Assembly (NCBI GenBank): GCA_002269645.1
Contig: NIVC01001525.1
Span: 62,001 to 126,000, forward strand
Length of the DNA: 64,000 nt
Direction of reading: 5' to 3'
DNA from: Macrostomum lignano
Lineage: Eukaryota
A model generated the notes under the pieces. It saw only the letters and a list, made by a program, of their open reading frames with translations, was not told where the DNA came from and ran no database searches. Shown here one piece after another: positions 60,495 to 64,000 of this stretch (the stretch's first letter is position 1; each line of letters starts with the position of its first letter). A program made the position numbers and the translations under genes.

Positions 60495-61940
60495 ATTTAG
60501 AGCGACGTGATCATTTTTAGAGTGACGTGATCATTTTTAGAGTGACGTGATTGCATTTAGAGTGACCTGATTGCATTTAGAGCGACGTGATCATTTTTAG
60601 AGTGACGTGATTGCATTTAGAGTGACCTGATTGCATTTAGAGCGACGTGATCATTTTTAGAGTGACGTGATTGCATTTAGAGTGACCTGATTGCATTTAG
60701 AGCGACGTGATCATTTTTAGAGTGACGTGATTGCATTTAGAGTGACCTGATTGCATTTAGAGTGACCTGATTGCATTTAGAGTGACCTGATTGCATTTAG
60801 AGTGACCTGATTGCATTTAGAGTGACCTGATTGCATTTAGAGTGACCTGATTGCATTTAGAGTGACCTGATTGCATTTAGAGTGACCTGATTGCATTTAG
60901 AGTGACTTGATCATATTTGAGTGACGTGATTGTATTTAGAGTGGCTTGATCATATTTGAGTGACGTGATTGCATTTAGAGTGACCTGATTGCATTTTGAG
61001 TGACTTGATTGCATTTAGAGCGACGTGATCATTTTTAGAGTGACGTGATTGCATTTAGAGTGACCTGATTGCATTTTGAGTGACTTGATTGCATTTAGAG
61101 TGACGTGATTGCATTTAGAGTGACATGATTGCATTTAGAGTGACCTGATTGCATTTAGAGTGACCTGATTGCATTTAGAGTGACCTGATTGCATTTAGAG
61201 TGACCTGATTACATTTAGATTGACCTGATTGCATTTAGAGTGAACTGATTGTATTTAGAGTGAACTGATTGTATTTAGAGTGAACTGATTGCATTTAGAG
61301 TGACCTGATTGCATTTAGAGTGACCTGATTGCATTTGAAGTGACCTTACTGCATTTAGAGTGACCTGATTGCATTTAGAGTGACCTGATTGCATTTAGAG
61401 TGACGTGATTGCATTTAGAGTGACATGATTGCATTTAGAGTGACCTGATTGCATTTAGAGTGACCTGATTGCATTTGAAGTGACCTGACTGCATTTAGAG
61501 TGACCTGATTGCATTTAGAGTGACCTGATTGCATTTAGAGTGACCTGATTGCATTTAGAGTGACCTGATTGCATTTAGAGTTAACTGATTGTATTTAAAG
61601 TGAACTGATTGTATTTAGAGTGAACTGATTGCATTTAGAGTGACCTGATTGCATTTAGAGTGAACTGATTGCATTTAAAGTGAACTGATTGTATTTAGAG
61701 TGAACTGATTGCATTTAGAGTGACCTGATTGCATTTAGAGTTAACTGATTGTATTTAAAGTGAACTGATTGTATTTAGAGTGAACTGATTGTATTTAGAG
61801 TGAACTGATTGCATTTAGAGTGACCTGATTGCATTTAGAGTGACGTGATTGCATTTAGAGTGACGTGATTGCATTTAGAGTGACGTGATTGCATTTAGAG
61901 TGACGTGATTGCTTTTGAAGTGACCAGATTGCATTTAGAT
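60495..61940. repeat. Minisatellite, 20-bp unit, with a 60-bp trimer higher-order block at the left
   Basis: TGATTGCATTTAGAGTGACC. The 60-mers starting at 60541, 60601 and 60661 are identical. Confidence 0.97.
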
Positions 61941-62387
61941 CGACAAAGAGTTCAAAGCTACTCCTCTGAGTAGCATGGGCAGTATTTAACGCTCAGCATA
62001 TTTTATTCAACTAAAATTTCTAATGAACACACTTTCTAAAATAAGAACTTTTCAAAGCATCATGGAGGACGAACCTTTCAGACTAGCATTGATGGCTTAT
62101 TTAACTTGTGGGGTGGGCGGCGGAGTCTTCCAACACTGGACTGCACCTATGCATGCATTATTCACTCCCGCCTCATTCTCTTCTGCCCCGCTACATTGCT
62201 TTGTCCCTCCTTTTGCCTTGCTTCCTTCCAGAAGACAGCTGACTGAGCTTCATGGCGAACTAGAGTCACGGAATCTGGAATGGAGAGTGCAGTCAGAGCT
62301 GGGTTGCCTTTGCAATTGCACAAATATCAACTTCGCGATTTAGGAAAATTAAAAATTCTTTTTCATCGGAATTTTTTTCTTCATATG

Positions 62388-63032
62388 AGTACTGGGGCGA
62401 TTCTCACGTGATTACTAGGGCGATTCTCACCTGAGTGCTGAGGTGATTCTCACCTGAGTACTAGGGCGATTCTCACCTGAGTGCTGAGGTGATTCTCACC
62501 TGAGTACTAGGGCGATTCTCACCTGAGTGCTGAGGTGATTCTCACCTGAGTACTAGGGCGATTCTCACCTGAGTGCTGAGGTGATTCTCACCTGAGTACT
62601 AGGGCGATTCTCACCTGAGTGCTGAGGTGATTCTCACCTGATTACTAGAGCAATTCTCATCTGAGTGCTGAGGTGATTCTCACCTGAGTACTGGGGCGAT
62701 TCTCACCTGAGTGCTGGGGCGATTCTCACCTGATTACTGGGGCTGTTCTCACCTGAGTACTGGGGCGATTCTCACCTGAGTACTGGGGCGATTCTCACCT
62801 GAGTACTGGGGCGATTCTCACCTGATTACTGGGGCTGTTCTCACCTGAGTACTGGGGCGATTCTCACCTGAGTATTAGGGTGATTCTCACCTGATTACTG
62901 GGGCGGTTCTCACCTGATTACTGGGGCGGTTCTCACCTGATTACTGGGGCGGTTCTCACCTGATTACTGGGGCGGTTCTCACCTGATTACTAGGGCAATT
63001 ATCACCTGAGTACTGAGGCGATTCTTACCTGA
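62388..63032. repeat. 23-bp minisatellite (~28 units, part alternating as a 46-bp dimer); the unit contains CAG|GTGAG on the minus strand
   Basis: Plus unit GGGGCGATTCTCACCTGAGTACT. It begins exactly at CTGCTCAG|GTAAGAATCGCC at the end of ORF 63025..63276. Confidence 0.95.
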
Positions 63033-63305
63033 GCAGCTTCACGCACTCTTCATGTGCAGTAGTGGCTGCATCGCACGCTTGATGGATGGCTCCATGATGG
63101 GTGTCGCTCTGTAGCAACAGCACTAACCGGTTTCGAGTCCCAGTTGCTGTAGACTTCATTCTTGACTTTACTCGTTGAAACTGCTCGATGCGAAGCCACT
63201 CCTCGATGCTGATCTCTTTTTCTTTTTCGTTTTCTGAGCAGCCAGTCTTCTGCTGATTTGATTCGTGGCTGGCCATTTACCTCAACTACGCTCTGCTACT
63301 AAATG
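63025..63305 (-). mobile_element. Probable LTR-retrotransposon 5' internal region: LTR end, PBS and Gag N-terminus
   Basis: Minus strand ...ACA TT TAGTAGCAGAGCGTAGTT (63301-63284; resembles a TGGTAGCAGAG tRNA-iMet PBS with mismatches), then ATG at 63276 and an 83-aa helical ORF (RVKSRMKSTATGTRNRLVLLL...AHEECVKLL) reminiscent of BEL/Gypsy Gag N-termini. No second LTR is seen. Confidence 0.5.
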
Positions 63306-64000
63306 TGTTACCAAGAGAATCTTAAAAGAGAGAACTCAGCACTTGCCGGCTGGGCCCCCATTGACAATTGTAGTTTGACAACTAAAACCAGAAGCAAAGC
63401 GCGGTCTAGTTTTCAGCTACCGCTCGTAGAATATTTATTGATTTTCAATATAAAAGAAAGCGGGGTTGACAGAAGCTTTAGCGGTGGTTGGGGGGTTGTA
63501 AGTGTGCGGGACTTGCAATTCACGTTATAAAAAATCAGAATGGAGGAGAAGAGAAAAGGTGTCGTGAGGCTCTGAGGAGGTCAGGTGCAATAGGCGATCT
63601 TGAGTAAATAGTACAGACGTACTCTTACAATGAAAACCTTTACTCTTCAAACCAGAACAAAAACAACTAACGCCACGAAATATTGATGAAATGCCAAACA
63701 CTATAAAACATTCGAATGCAGCATCCGTAATTTGGGCTATTTGAAGAAAGGGTTTCATATTTTGTAGAAAAAAACACAAAATTAATGTTGTATCGCAATG
63801 TAAACGGCTAAAGTTTAGCGTAAAACGCGAGAGTGCGGTTGAAACACGGAGAGGCATCAGGCTAAAAAGGGGGGCGCATCGGGTCAGTGAGAAAAGGAGT
63901 TGAATAAATCGACTCAGCTGCGACTGCACAAGCAGCGACAAAAACTCTGTTTAAATGTAGCACTGAACCTATTCGAATCAGTGCTATTGAAGGTACCGAT

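Overview
Eukaryotic, repeat-rich invertebrate genomic DNA: spliced genes with GT-AG introns, GC-rich exons and many unrelated minisatellites. The style suggests a free-living flatworm such as Macrostomum; this is inference only. All splice models were built by hand from GT/AG sites and phase continuity. Left to right: (1) the last five coding exons of a Shal/Kv4 potassium channel; (2) a 3-exon short-chain dehydrogenase whose introns hold a SINE and an RTE-like LINE fragment; (3) two mariner elements, one deleted with unusually long TIRs and one ~1.3 kb with an open DD34D ORF; (4) three intronless paralogs encoding signal peptide + PAN/Apple-like domain + Thr/Pro mucin repeat + LamG/ConA-like domain (one intact, one with homopolymer frameshifts, one truncated); (5) a 2-exon Qa-SNARE syntaxin; (6) a 6-exon ankyrin-repeat protein kinase; (7) a ~19 kb minus-strand cluster of signal peptide-PAN-PAN-fibrinogen-domain genes, with one intact gene, one pseudogene, one chimera and two orphan exons, largely generated by an ~8 kb tandem duplication; (8) the 5' end of a probable LTR retrotransposon. 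The most striking observations are the two families of secreted PAN-domain lectin-like proteins undergoing birth-and-death evolution, and three minisatellites whose repeat unit is an amplified splice junction. Most long ORFs in the supplied track are artefacts of tandem repeats.
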